From assembly GCA_030141605.1 (NCBI GenBank), contig JAQGDQ010000304.1, positions 186,001-250,000 on the forward strand: a stretch of 64,000 nt of DNA, in the 5' to 3' direction. Source of the DNA: Tubiluchus corallicola (Eukaryota; Animalia; Priapulida). Made by a program: the position numbers and the translations under genes. Under the pieces are notes generated by a model. The model did not search any database. It worked only from the letters and a program-made list of their open reading frames with translations, and was not told where the DNA came from. Within the stretch, counting starts at the first letter, position 1. Each line of letters begins with the position of its first letter. Below are positions 1 through 13,810 of this stretch, piece by piece.

Positions 1-3000
1 GCGCGTTGCCAAGTGATACCATACTGCATGTGTAATGAGGGTTTTGAGCAACTGCTACTTATTTCCATTAGCATCTTCTTAACAAGCTATTAAATTGCTT
101 ATTTTACTGTATACTTTGTCATCTGCTTTCTTCTAATTATTTTGCAGCTAACAAATAGTAACAATTTGTTAAGCTCTACCAAAAATAATCTTCGGTAAAT
201 TAATTGGTTTACCGAGCATCCCAACGGCTCTCGATTGGCATGATTCCTTGTTGCGCGCCCTCTATCGGCGGGTTGCAAAGTTGATTTTGTAAACAAACAT
301 GTCCGCTTCCAGCGAAGACATTATTTATTGTAGCAAGGGTTAGGTGGGTTTTTAAACAAGGCAAAAACACCACACTACTTTTGCCACTGCACTGTAAGCA
401 ACAACAAAAACTGTCTTGATAGGATACACTTTTCGAAAAAGTAATCTGTATACTGCAGCTGTAACTAACTACAACACGTCCACATGCATGTTTTTGGTAC
501 TTGGCTTCTGCACCCCATAGCAGGTTATATGTACTGACAGGTGCAAAGCAATTTGATGTATTTATGTGTTGCTATAGAAAACAACCTGTAATTAACTGCA
601 ATAATTATGGTAACAATTACCAATGAGTATTTATAGTTGTGACAAAAAACATTCAAAATTGTTTATCAGAACATTATTTTATTCAGCTGCATTACATCCC
701 AGTTCAATGATCGGTTTGCAAGTATCAAAATTTTTCGAAAGTTTGTGTGTATGATGTTGTTCACATCCAGATATGTCTATCAGACAAAAATGTAACAATT
801 ATATAAATATATTAACATAGATGACCAATCCTCTTACAGTAACAAAAAATAGACAATTTTGAAAAGGTGTGACCCTTTTTTCTTAAACACATATTTCAAG
901 CACTGGGTTACAAAGAACTAATATTATATTATAATGATTAACAATATGAAGTAACCAATAATAGATGACTAAGACAATTAATATGTGACACCGGTGAAGA
1001 GTAACTAGACCATTTGTAATCTTCTGTTAGCCGGCATACAGTGCTCAGCACTCACAGATCAGTAAACAATTCTTGCTTACACTTGATTGCATTATTTGTC
1101 TTTCTTTGTGTAATGTCCAGACCTGATCACAATTCAAGGATACAGTCCACATCGCGTCAGAGTTTTGGAGGAAAATACATATATGCACAGGAAAAACTGC
1201 TTATATTATCAGTGGATATAATGTTTATTACTATTTCAAATTTAAACAAGAATTATTGATAAGAAATCTAGTTGAAAAGAAATGACCACTGTTGAATGGC
1301 ATCATTGATTGGTTATAAGCAGTTGATATAGATATGTTTTACATACACCAATTATGTATTAGCATATACATGAGAATTCCAAACTATAAAATTGTTATAA
1401 CACCATGTTCAATGTACAATTTTTAGAGTATGTTGCTTGTTTAATAGCAATTTAGAAGAGCAATGTCAAAATGGCTACTAGAAACCAACTTGCGAATGCA
1501 AATGTGGCAAATAGTTTTTTGAATTCGAGAAACCTGCAGTTCCAAACAAAATTCATGGTTACAAAATGTTATAGTTTGAAAAATTGCCATATTTCAATTA
1601 CAGGGCCAAATATAATAAATGTCAACACTCTGTGCCATGCAGGCTGGGCCTATGAACTTTTCAACAGCCATATTTCTTGCTGCCAAGGCCATCACCATAT
1701 GTGCTATTTATATCCAGTAAAAACAGATCAGCCTTGGCTGTATTATGTCATTTGTGCATCTGGTTAGAATTGTGCACCCATGCTTAAGTCAGTAACATTC
1801 TACACAAAAGTGCACTATATGTGCATGGTGCACACATGTTAGTTTTGTTCTGGGCAGAAAACAATACTGGTTAACAAACTGCTCACAGTTTTAAAGCATG
1901 AATTGCTGTATGTACGGAAGACCATTAAATAGAACTAACTGTCAAGAATAAAACAAATTCCTAAAACACTAGTACAGTAGGGCTGGCTCTCCAGCGATAC
2001 TCATTGCAAAAATAATATATATGTAAAATTTAGCTATGTTGACATCCACAATGCATACATCAGCTCCTATGAACTCAACATGTATATATGCAAAGCTAAC
2101 AAGCACACATACAAGTCAACTGCAAAGTACAAAATTTTGTTGAACTGTCAAATAGACAAACCTAGATATCCATATTCATTGGTAAAGAATGCGCATACTT
2201 GAGCTGAAAATGCACGGAGTACATTTATAGTTATCAAAAACATGTGGTACAATCAAGAGCTCACCTAGTCCTAAATAACACAATTGAAAATGCTTACGTT
2301 ACCCACTACATTTGCTTTAGCATGTTTTTGCATTTTGACAATAGAAATGACATACAAACATGTAGACACCTGATAAAATTCTATTTAAAACTAAAGGAAA
2401 TATCGCAATAATGTATCTACTTCCATGGATAGAAAACAGATACAGGAAAACAACTTTCAAAAAGATTTGGTGCTGCATTTTGGATTTATCAATACTTGTA
2501 CTATGTACCCGGGTACTGACAATAGAAACACCCCACATTGATGATTACTCACAAGTAAGCATCATAAATCACTAGACAAGTTATATCCAAATCGTGAGGG
2601 CAATATTGAAAAGACGACCCACTACAAACAAATCAAATAAATCAACCAAGTTTTACATGATTTACTTGTCAAACATATAGTGGGACCATGTAAATACTAA
2701 TCATAGGAGTTGAAAAACTCAAGTTACTAGGTTGGCATTAATAAAATTTAATGTGGTTTTTAATACTGAAGAAGGCACCCAGTAGTTTGCAAGCATTACC
2801 ACAATTTTCAAACATGGCACAAGTGAGCTATTAACAAACACAAATAATGGCAACTAGAAAATACAGCTGTGGTCATTATCAAAACAAAATTATCGGATGT
2901 TATGCATGCAACGTGGATAACGCATCAATTCAGTATCTAATCGAAGACTAGTGACCACACATAAAGAATCAAAGAATCGCATTTAATTTACACAGAAATA

Positions 3001-3761
3001 ACAAAAAACGATTTTAAGCTATACTTGTTGTTGGCTGTATAATTTGGAAATTTTACGACACTTTTCCTTGTAACAAATGATCTACAGTAGTCATTCTGTA
3101 AAAAAATAAAATTTTATTGTCAAATATCCACTGAAATTCCTTCTGCAATTATATGCATTTGACCAAATAAGTACTTGCAGTGCTAATGAGTCATAAAAAG
3201 ACTAACAATTTTGTCATAAAATTCAAAGTATTTAGAAACTATGTATGTCTTTAAAACAAATGATCACTTGTAACATTAGTGACATTCTCTCTTGGTAATT
3301 ATCAATACCAAATATACATGACAATAATAATTATTATTAGTATATAAAGGGATGGATTGATGGGCCAACTACTGCGTATGAAACGATCACGTGACAACTG
3401 AGCAGTTCATTCAAAACCATTACAGACTAATAAAATGCAGAACGTAAATAAATTCAAACACAGCAGTTGTTTGAAAACATTATGTTCAATTCAGCTTACT
3501 CAGAATTACATTTTTTGAAAGGTGCAAATTAAATCGAACATTAAGAAACAAAATGTTCGAGCGATATTGCCAATTAACTCATGAGTTTGCAGAAGACTGG
3601 TAGGGCACATAGGCCTTCGTCCATCAACAGAAGTAAAAAAAAGTAGGCAACAGTATTTTGAAATGGGTATAGCGGGGTAACATCGGCTGTCCAATTTTTA
3701 TTCACTTAGATTAATACACGTGACCTAGACTGGCTTTTTATAGATAATATACATACCCATA

Positions 3762-6700
3762 TTAACAATTTGAATCAATGAGATAATCAGCCAGCGATTC
3801 TACTACCTTGCTGCTATTTCCTGGTTGTATAGGTTCATCATAATAGCCAATAATCATGGCTGCAAAAAATAATCATTCAGCAATTAAAACAACAATAAAA
3901 GTACAATAATTCTTTAATACTGAAATATTTTTCTTACGTTAAATTACGTTGAAAAGCAAAAAAATTGCCAGAAAAATTTCTGTACTAATAATCATCATAA
4001 CAGGTGATATCTAAAATAATTTATCAAGCAATTATTTCACAAACCATTACCATTATTATCACAATGGACTCACTACGAATAGTGTGGCTCCAACACAGTA
4101 TTTAATAATATATATTACGTACTTAATATACATTATATGTATCGTATAGAGGAAGGTAAAGTATGTTTTTTTCACAAAACTTCTTAAGTAACCCTGGGGT
4201 CTTTGACCAGATGAAGAACTAACTTATTTTAATGCCCAGACATCCTCAAAATGAAACATGTTTATGCGGCTATTTGAAACTAAAAGGATGCCTTTGAAAC
4301 AGGCTAACCCGGGATTCACTCTGCAGTAGACTAGTGCAGGTTTTAGCCACTGTACCACAGCAAACCTTCCACAACAATAATATTCTGTGAGAAGTGCACC
4401 TCAAGTGCACAAAAAAAAACCATTATCGCAAAGCGAAACAGGTGGTCCAGTACTACTAAATAGTTTTCGCTATTTTAGTTTTGTAGAATATATGTTACAC
4501 CTGATCATCTTTATATAAAAAAATTACAAATGCTACATAGTTAACACAAATAAATTGATTTGTCGACTTCTTATGTCTACCGCATGCATATAAGCAAATT
4601 TGTTGTTTCTCTGTTACCAGAGCAGGCCACAAATTGTACTTCAGCACAGGCTTGTTCTTGGTGTTTCACATAACTGAGTGCAACAGAGAAATCGCACAAA
4701 CATATCTGGAAATTTAGAGAATGAGTGCTAACAAAATTCCATCAGAAACATTTACTACAAGGAAATAAAGCAAAGAAAAACTCTGCGAAAGAAAATAAAA
4801 CAACAAAAATAAAGCAAAACAACATCAGCACGCTAAATAAGTGAAGTTCTGAGCTCGCTACCTCTGTTGGGTCACTTGAAATCAAGCCGCAGCACATGCA
4901 CATGAAATGTGCAAGCAACAAAAATTTAATTCAGGCAGAAGAAACTAAAACTTGTGGCGTCAATAAGTATAATATGAACTCGTGTACCTGAATTAGTTTT
5001 AGCAATAGTAACACCAGAAGATTTGAGCTTCCCTCGAAGGACCTTGTCTGTGGCAGTCAACAAGAAGAATTTCTGGCCATTCACATAAAGTCCATTTGTC
5101 CTGAGAGCAGTAGGATCGTTAAAGGCACCAGCAATACATTTAATTTCAGCTTCGCTAACCTGTAAAAAAACAATTCTGTATAGCTACAATAAATCTACCA
5201 AATGCAGTTAAAAGCTTTATCACGTAAAGAATCTGGCATATTTGACAAAAGTGGCATGGCTAGTTTTTACACTTGCTGTCTACAAAAAAGTAAAAAAAGA
5301 ACAGCCCTAAAACCAATGGAAAAGTTTACAGTGTTTCGCACAATTCCAGAAACAAAACATGTTCATAATAAAAATAATAATAAAGTTCTTGCATGAAAAA
5401 ATATTTAATATTTTCTTAATTTATGTTATAATTCAACTTACAAACCTAATTGACAAAGCCTTATTTAATTTTTTCTATGGCATTTGGATTGCACTCCTTT
5501 TTTACTTAATTTGTTAAGAAGGAAAAATGTTCACACGTAGCCATTTCACTTAAATGGCTATTTTACGAAAAAAAAACCTGAAATGCTATAATTAAGTTTT
5601 GAATTACATATTTATGATTTCAATTCCAGGTCTTAACAAATTAACAATTTAACTTGAAGGCAAAGACCTTAGATCAACCTGCTTCTTTGGCTTTGTTTGT
5701 AGAAAGTTTCTACAGCACTCACAAAATTAATTAAAACAGTGGGATAGACTGTCATATGGCAAAAACAGCAAAGTCTGCATTCATTTGCTTTACATTATTT
5801 GAAACAAATTAACAAGACACCATTATTTTAGACATAACAATCCATTTGTTCATATACAACTTTCAAAAGTTTGTTTAATATAAAATAAGCTATCTGATTT
5901 AAATTACATCTAACCGTTTATCCAAAGTTCACTAAATTTTAAATCCCAATCTGGCATCATTATTAAAAGCAATTATGGAGGGATTACACACAATTCTTCT
6001 ACAGAATTAAATACACTATGGACAGTTTTAAATGCAAGTAAACATCAAAAACGTTAAAATGGTTAGACAACAAACAAGGCATGTACACATGTATCTGGGA
6101 TTTTGCAGCCCTTCTTTGTGAGATATGTTCTATAACAAATTGTCCGGAATTTCATGTGTGAAACTTGTGGCAACTTCTTGAGCAAAACTGCCAAACAAAC
6201 ACACATTTCGCAATTTGGCCCCAAATAAATTGCACCTGCTGTCCAGATCATTTATATAATTATGACTCGTATATTCTGCACGCAAATGGATTCACCCAAA
6301 TATATACTGTACATATATATTACATATATTTCTTTTGACAAAGAAATCAAAAGCTTGTAATAATTTAATATTAAAAGGTTAATAGTTTACTAATCTATGT
6401 AGAGCACCTCAAAGATGGCCCTTCTTCTGGCAAGAAAATTACAAGACTCACTGAATTACATATGACTGTGTTCAAAAATGTTGTGCACTGGATTTCCCTT
6501 ACAAAAGTTGATCTGTTTTCATGTGCAACTAGTCCCAACTGCATCCTAGGCGGTACATACAGGAAATCCTATATCCTTTAGCAGATACTATATAATATAT
6601 ATGGGGCAAATAAGTCAAAAGCACATATCCTACTCAAGTCAATGACATTTATACGCTAAAAAGACTGCGCAACGTCCCTTTTTGTTTACTGATCAATATA

Positions 6701-8580
6701 GTTCAGTAAGACTATTAAACTCAACTTTATAAATCCAAAAAGGACTACAAAAAAGGAAAAGGTTAATGAACTAATAATCCAAGTAGTAAGATTTCTGGAT
6801 TCTTATCTAGCTTCTGCTAGCCCCAGAGTGCAACGTTAATATAAGCTGCTTACTTTTCAATTTTGCAGTTTCATAGAAAAAGGGACAAATACAATGAGTC
6901 ACACAATAACGCTTCATCAGAACTTCCAGTTGTTTACTGTTTCATAGTTCACGACTCTTATATAGCAGGTGCTAAAATAATGAAAATGAGAAATTAAGTT
7001 CTTCTACACTTCTACATTCGATATGGCGAAGAAATTTACTACTGCTCCTTATTGCAATAACTATGAGAAAAGATATCCAGAAAATCTATCATCTTGATAC
7101 AGCTATCAACGATCTTGAAGCCAACCACGAATACTCGAACATGTCTAGATAAAAATAGCCGCGTACACGGACAGCTGAAGTCTGGTGACAGCATTCTGCA
7201 GCCAAGCTGACTCCCACTAAGACTTGAAAATCCAGCTGTATAAAGAATTTGATGACGAATGTAGTACTAGTGGGCCTGTCAGACTGCAACACGTCACTAG
7301 TAGTAAGAGATAATGTTACGTTTCAATTAATAATGTCAATATGCTTAAAAGGATCTCTGTAAAAGTGTGCTGTAATGGCCGAATTCTGGCATTCAAAAGC
7401 GATCATGTAACCGCCTAGTCTACACGTTCTTGGGCGTATAAACCGCGACAGTGCTTTAAAAGTTTAAATGCGGCATAATTTATGTCAGTGGTACTGATAC
7501 TACATTAAGACAGAAAAATATGTACAGCATTTTCAGTAGAACCATCAATGCGACATTTTTGGGACTGATTTGGTGAACAAACCTTTTCGCTGTACGGTAA
7601 TTTGTCGTTGCTCACTGAACCATGCCAATAAAACATTGCCAATGAAACTGGCACTGAATCAGAGTCGGATTAAAATTGCAGGTGATTGCCCCAAGAAAAG
7701 TACTATTGTTACTGCAACTAATACAGTCATCACATTCAAGTGGTGAGTACAGTTTTCTTGAACGCCCTTTTCCCCTGATACCCTTAATTGCCTACTGCAT
7801 AAGCACATGCACACAATTTGTTATTCATTGCAACATGTTGGACTGTAAAAAAGCACTTGAAGTAATGTAATAAAAAGAGAAAATGACTTAGTCCATTACA
7901 AAATAAGGCCACACAGAAATTATCCAAACATAAGTTAACTAAAGAAAGTCAATGCCCCAGACTCAAAAGTCACACTGCATTAAATTACTCTAAAAATTCT
8001 TGTAAAAGGTCTGCAGCATAGCAACGTTTACTAAGCAAATGATTAACAACATGGAATAACATAAGTAAGAAACAGCTCATGTGCTTAAAATTGTGTTCCT
8101 GCGTACGATTCTGGGAGAACTGCATGAAATGTCAGTAACCTCCACTAGCGCCAGTAAAACTTAGCAATAACAAAAAAGAAAAAGAAAACACCCGAAGAAC
8201 AACAACATGGTGTGATGCTTTAGAAAAAGAACTAGCTATAGATTGCGATGGGGCTGCGGACGTTTTGCAGAAATTAAGATTGTGGCCATTAGGTCAAGGA
8301 CTTTTTTCAATAAAGTTCAGTTAAAAATTTGCTAAAATCCATAATGCATCTCAGTTGAGAAAGAAAACTTTTTTGACTTTCTAAACCTGTTTTATGCAAA
8401 AAGTTATAATATAATTATGTAAGTTTGACAGCCATTCCATTTATACATATAATACTATGCTATTCATTGAGGCTATAATGTGGAAGCGCTACACAATGTG
8501 AGGCTATATGTCCTAAAACAAAAGGCTAGTTTTTCAATTTAGATGCATGAATTAATGCCAACAGTTATCCATGAGGCATA

Positions 8581-8611
<31 letters not shown>

Positions 8612-9983
8612 GTAGGTCTATATATAATACCTGTAATAAAATTACCTTTTTACAGAACTTTACGAAGAAAATTAGAAAAAAGAAAGTATGTGCACTGTAT
8701 AACTGCAAGAAGTTTAATGCAAGCAACATACAATATAGAAATCAAGACTGTGGCCGTTAGGTTAAGGCCTTTTTTCAGTAAAGTTCAGTTAAAATATGTT
8801 TTAAAATCCATGACGCATCTCAGTTGAGAAAGAAAACTTTTTTGACTTTCTAAATCTGTTTTATGCAAAAAGTTATAATATAATTATGTAAGAGTCAGAG
8901 AGCTATAGTCGTAAAACGAAAGGCTAGTTTGGTTTTCATTAACCCAGACAATTGTTATGGATAGTGTAAACACCACAAAACTTGAGATGAAACGCATGTC
9001 GACTATATTTAGAAAATAGTGCAATTACCAGTTTGAGACAGAGTCAGAGAATCAATTATATCAAATTATACAGTAAAAATGAAATTAAAGCTGTTTTAAT
9101 AAAATTTGGTTCTGGGGCAGGGATCAAAGCTTGACTACTGCACTGCAACATAATTTGGAATGGTTTTCTATATTTCATTGCCTATTTTTTATTGATAAAT
9201 CATTTATTATAATTATTAATATGAATGATAATACTGTGTATCAAGTCGCTTTTTTTGCTATCATTGCACTTCACACTTTTACCAAGTCTTCAAGGGCGAA
9301 TACATTTATTGTAGGACTCCAATGACAATTATTGATGTTCAGTAGGCAAAGTTTTGACAAAATTTGCAAACAAACTTATGTCTTAACTAACCATAATCTG
9401 TTGGAGTTTTTAGAAAATATAATTACTACTCAACAAGGGCGCAAATTGCATGGGAAGAGTAAAATGTTTTAACTTTTTAACATTTATAGGAGCATTTATG
9501 TTTGAAGAGACTATAGTGAATGGGGAGAGATTAGAATTAGTGAAGTGGAAGCAAGATACTGAGGTTGGGCCAAGGTGAGTTTTCCTTTTACACTGGTTGG
9601 TGTGATTGGTTAATATTGTTCAGTACAAAAAATGTAGTCTTACATGTCCCGGGTGTAACCAACCACAGCACAATTACGGAAGCACAATCATGGAAGACAG
9701 CCTACAGGAAATTCTGTGAAAGACAGAAGTAACAATGCTCTCAGTCTAAACAGGAACTTGCACCGTGCACACATAGTTAAGTTAGACAATGAACATAATA
9801 AAGGATATAATACATTTAAATAAATACTATAACATAAAAATAATCTACAATTACAAGAAAGTCTATACTTACATTAAATCCAGGACTGCTAGCCCATGTG
9901 CCACCGGCTAATCCACAAATTGCGCCTTTTGTAACATGCTGAGTAGCAACGAGATGCTTGTCTACGTATTCTTGCCAACTCAT
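3762..9983 (-). CDS. PFN: Profilin, 3 exons, 126 aa
   Basis: Exons 9983-9873, 5159-4988 and 3859-3762 have GT-AG boundaries and compatible phases. Spliced translation: MSWQEYVDKHLVATQHVTKGAICGLAGGTWASSPGFN/VSEAEIKCIAGAFNDPTALRTNGLYVNGQKFFLLTATDKVLRGKLKSSGVTIAKTNS/AMIIGYYDEPIQPGNSSKVVESLADYLIDSNC*. The MSWQxYVD start and LADYL end are typical of invertebrate profilin. Confidence 0.95.
8276..8892 (+). repeat. ~148 bp direct repeat pair (8276-8423 and 8743-8892) flanking a (TA)n tract in profilin intron 1
   Basis: Shared sequence GCATCTCAGTTGAGAAAGAAAACTTTTTTGACTTTCTAAA.CTGTTTTATGCAAAAAGTTATAATATAATTATGTAAG. Confidence 0.9.
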
Positions 9984-11099
9984 TTTACTTTTTCTTAGTT
10001 TATTCTATTTTTGAGGAACGATCACAGATATATTCTCAACACCGGCCGGCAGATCAACACACCTCAGCAGCAATGGCGGAAATAGGGAGTAACGCGGCAA
10101 ATGTTTAAATCAATCCGCCAGAGTCGTTTAATATAAATAATTTTACTGCTATACTGACTAAAATGCAACACTCGGATGTTTCCTAGATCAAATAAATTGA
10201 ACGTTGACAAACTAGATAATAACACTTTGCACTCAATTCAATGCAAGAAAATATTTTAGTGTTATATCTACTTTTATAGCCGTCGCGCATTCACACAAAG
10301 TAGTACGAAAGCTACCAAATGGACTGTCCCATTATTGTAAGGGGAGGAGGTATAACATGGCGCACGCACACGCTGATTTGTGTTGCTGACACGTCACTGA
10401 ATAGTAACGAAGCCAGGAGGAGATGACATCATCACTAATTGATACAAAACATCCGCTAGCACTATGACTAGCAACAATATAGAAGATGAATCAACCACTC
10501 CATAATCACGGACAACACTTGATTTTATTGTGGGCGGCGGAGTAGGGGGATTTGTAGTTGACTTGTGTTATAGTCTCAAAAAATCGCGCAAGTAGCTATC
10601 ATTTATACGATACTAAGAGTTAACAGCTAGCCTACGCAATGACAACTTCTACAGCCTACAAAACATGCGAGTTATTAATGTTCTACGCTTAACTGACAGG
10701 TTATACTCATAAACTAACTCCATTATAATGCAATAGAAAATATATCATGCCTAAAGTAAACGGAACATGAAAAAACATAGCTTCATTACAATAAACTACC
10801 AAGCCGACTGTAACAAACTATATTATTACTTAGCAGAGGTTTGAATACAAAAAATATTACTTTAACGTGTAATTTATAATTATAATGTATTATAGCTTGA
10901 TCATATTTCTTAGCACACAGTATTTACGAAGAGTACATGCTGGATTTGATAATCCACAGTACACTACAAAAAGGGAAAATTGTCGGTTATGCCCGTTACA
11001 TGTTTTGCCCATTAGCCTTCTAAAAAGGACAAAGAATGAGACTATCAAAATTACTCAACTTAGATACACTTCAGTATCAGATGGGCGACAGATTTCGGT

Positions 11100-11122
11100 A
11101 GGTCATTCAAGGTCAAAGGTCT
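11100..11122 (+). promoter_or_regulatory. Perfect DR4 (AGGTCA ttca AGGTCA) with an overlapping imperfect DR1
   Basis: Sequence AGGTCATTCAAGGTCAAAGGTCT, ~1.1 kb upstream of the profilin ATG. Motif match only; function not shown. Confidence 0.3.
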
Positions 11123-12962
11123 CAACAAGCTACGCAAGCAAACTTGCGCAACTTGACACATAAATTATATGAGTTGAGCAAAAAAAATACGATGGAGTAG
11201 TGGTGACATTAATCCAACTGTACACGTCAACGTCGAAGATTGTAACATGCCAGAACTGCGAAGGTTGGACACTTGATAACTGTGCAAACGGGATAGTGAT
11301 GACCTGATAGTATGATTATGGTATAACTTTGATAGGCAGAGAGTGGATGGTTTTAACACTTGCCATTTCGCAGGCTCTCCTTCCCAGATTGCACAATTAT
11401 GATAAGGAAAAATATCATGAGCATGCCAATACATTTTTGGATTACTTGATTTGTGGTGTAACCTTATAAACTGATCTGTTTTGCTGTGAAGCTGGTCTCG
11501 TACTCGTTGTTCTTGTGATAAAATTTTTTAACCAGTATTTGTATTGTGATGTCACAGCTAGTAGAGTAACTTTGTATTCTAATTTTTATCATAAAACAGA
11601 TTCTATGGGAAAGTTAAGTGGCATTCTAAATACCATATTCATGAGATGGGTTTCACGGCAATGCAAATGGCGTTCTTAAGGACGTATCCAGGCAGTTGGG
11701 CAGAAAAAACTCAATAAACGAGTGGCCCAATGTTTTGCATTCCGGACTAGTTATGTTTATAAATTTTATTTATCCAGGCATATCCTGCCGGCAGCTTGTA
11801 TTGTTTACATATTTTCATAATGTACTAACTCTTATCAGCAGTTCAAGTTCAAAGTAGTCAAATCGTGAACTTTCATGTTTGAGGCAGAGTTCTTAGAATA
11901 TGAGTCCTAAATTGTCGACTTGCATTCAAGTCCTATATCAGCAACCTTAGTGGATGGTTGAGTGGTTTAATGTCATATTAAAAGGCCACTCAAAGTTAAC
12001 TATAAATTTCAAAAACATTTATATAACTGCACACAGTCAGGTGACCGTGTGCAGACAGTCTTTGCATAAGTAGCCAAATGGCTATGATGTGATAGTTAAT
12101 TACATTATTAAGTGGGTGAGTAAGGGTGAAGCCACACAACAATTCCAAAACTGATAAATCTTGAAAATGGGATTATAAATATTTAATTACCAATGGGATA
12201 TCTTAGACTTTAACAAAATAATAAGTTACCCAATAATAGCCATTAGTTTGCATTCTGCCTCAGACCTCTTGTTGGGGGCTATTACATACTCGTTTTCAAG
12301 TTTGAGGTCAAAAATATATAACTAATTCCATGTTAATTCCACCAGTACAAGCATTTTAATACACATATAGTATTAGAGGCTGTCAAGCTCATGTATCATT
12401 TCATTTTACAGATTTATTACATAAAAATAATAATTTAATTATCTGATCTCATTTTTTGCAATAAAACATATTTTGGCTTAAGACAGGAAGAGTGACAATT
12501 GCAACAATTAAGATTCAAAAATCACCTTTTCACTAACAATGGAGAATGCAAAATGCAGAATTATATGATGTGTATAATCGTATGACAAACAAAGAGCAAT
12601 CACACAATTAAACAAAATTACAATAGTAAACCTATATCGGTTATTCACAATTTTTCCTGAATCCTCAACAAACATTACTAATTTATTTAATAAGCATTAC
12701 TAAGAATTATGTATATCAATTAAAATGACTTAATACAAAATATATATACATAAATGGAATGAACAAGTTTTGTAAAGCAATGATCAAGTCAGTTAATCTA
12801 ACTTGCATTTTATCACAATGATTTGTGTGTTTTGCTAGTGTTTATGCATTGGAAAACATGGCCCAATACTAAATGACTTTTCAAAAATGATGAGTAATAA
12901 GTGCATGCACAATCCAGCTTAATATATCTACAATTCCACATATCAACGTTTAAAAGAAATTA

Positions 12963-13383
12963 CAGTGTTCCCTCGCTTATTGCGGGTGTTCCGTTTCAGG
13001 CCCACCCGCGATAAGTGAATTTCCGCAAAGTAGGACGCTATATTTATTTTAGTAGTTATACATTATTTTAAGTCTTTATAAAGTCTCAAGCGGGCGCAAG
13101 TGCTACATTTCATTTTTGGTGTGTGTTGATCCGCCAAATAAATACACTATTTATTGTAAATGGTAATTGTTTATGATTTATAATATTCTTTTAATGTTAG
13201 AATTAGTATTTTTAATATATTTTTATACATTTTGTGATTTTTTTATGCAAAATTCATTAAATCTATATATTACTGTACAATACGTACTACGCATGTGCAA
13301 AAATACTTTAGACGGAGTATCGCAAAAACCAGTGAAACAGCAAGTTCGCGATAAATGAACCGCGAAGTAGTGAGGGAACACTG
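12963..13383. mobile_element. Tc1/mariner (pogo/Tigger-like) MITE
   Basis: Terminal inverted repeats CAGTGTTCCCTC...GAGGGAACACTG; TA on the left flank, CA (mutated TA) on the right; internal CGCGATAA motifs; no ORF. Confidence 0.8.
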
Positions 13384-13810
13384 CATCAGAAATTTAAATA
13401 CAGGTTATTGCACTGCATTTTATGATTGATAAGATCACTGTATATACAACAGCATAACGTCAAACAATAAAAGTACACAGATATTTTGGAAACAGGCAAA
13501 CAGTTTTGCACTAACAGGTTTTCAACAACAACTTTTTCTAGAAGTATATTATTCTGCATGGTCTTTTTTTTACATAGTTTATCATTCAGCCTCATTAATT
13601 ACCAAGTATAATCATCCAAGATGAGGTTCTGAAGTCGCAGAAAAGTCTGGACCCAATCTCCTCCAAAAAGAGAAATAGACACTATTGACCATTTACCATT
13701 GCTCTTCCCATTGTAGCAAATGAGTACGAATATTAGCCACAAACAAGGCAGCTGGATTTTGAATAGTTCAAAATATGAATGCTGCACACTAAATTATTGA
13801 ACATTATTTC

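Noticed and set aside
4300-4362. tRNA-like A/B boxes on the minus strand
   Set aside because: No cloverleaf; at most a degenerate SINE head.
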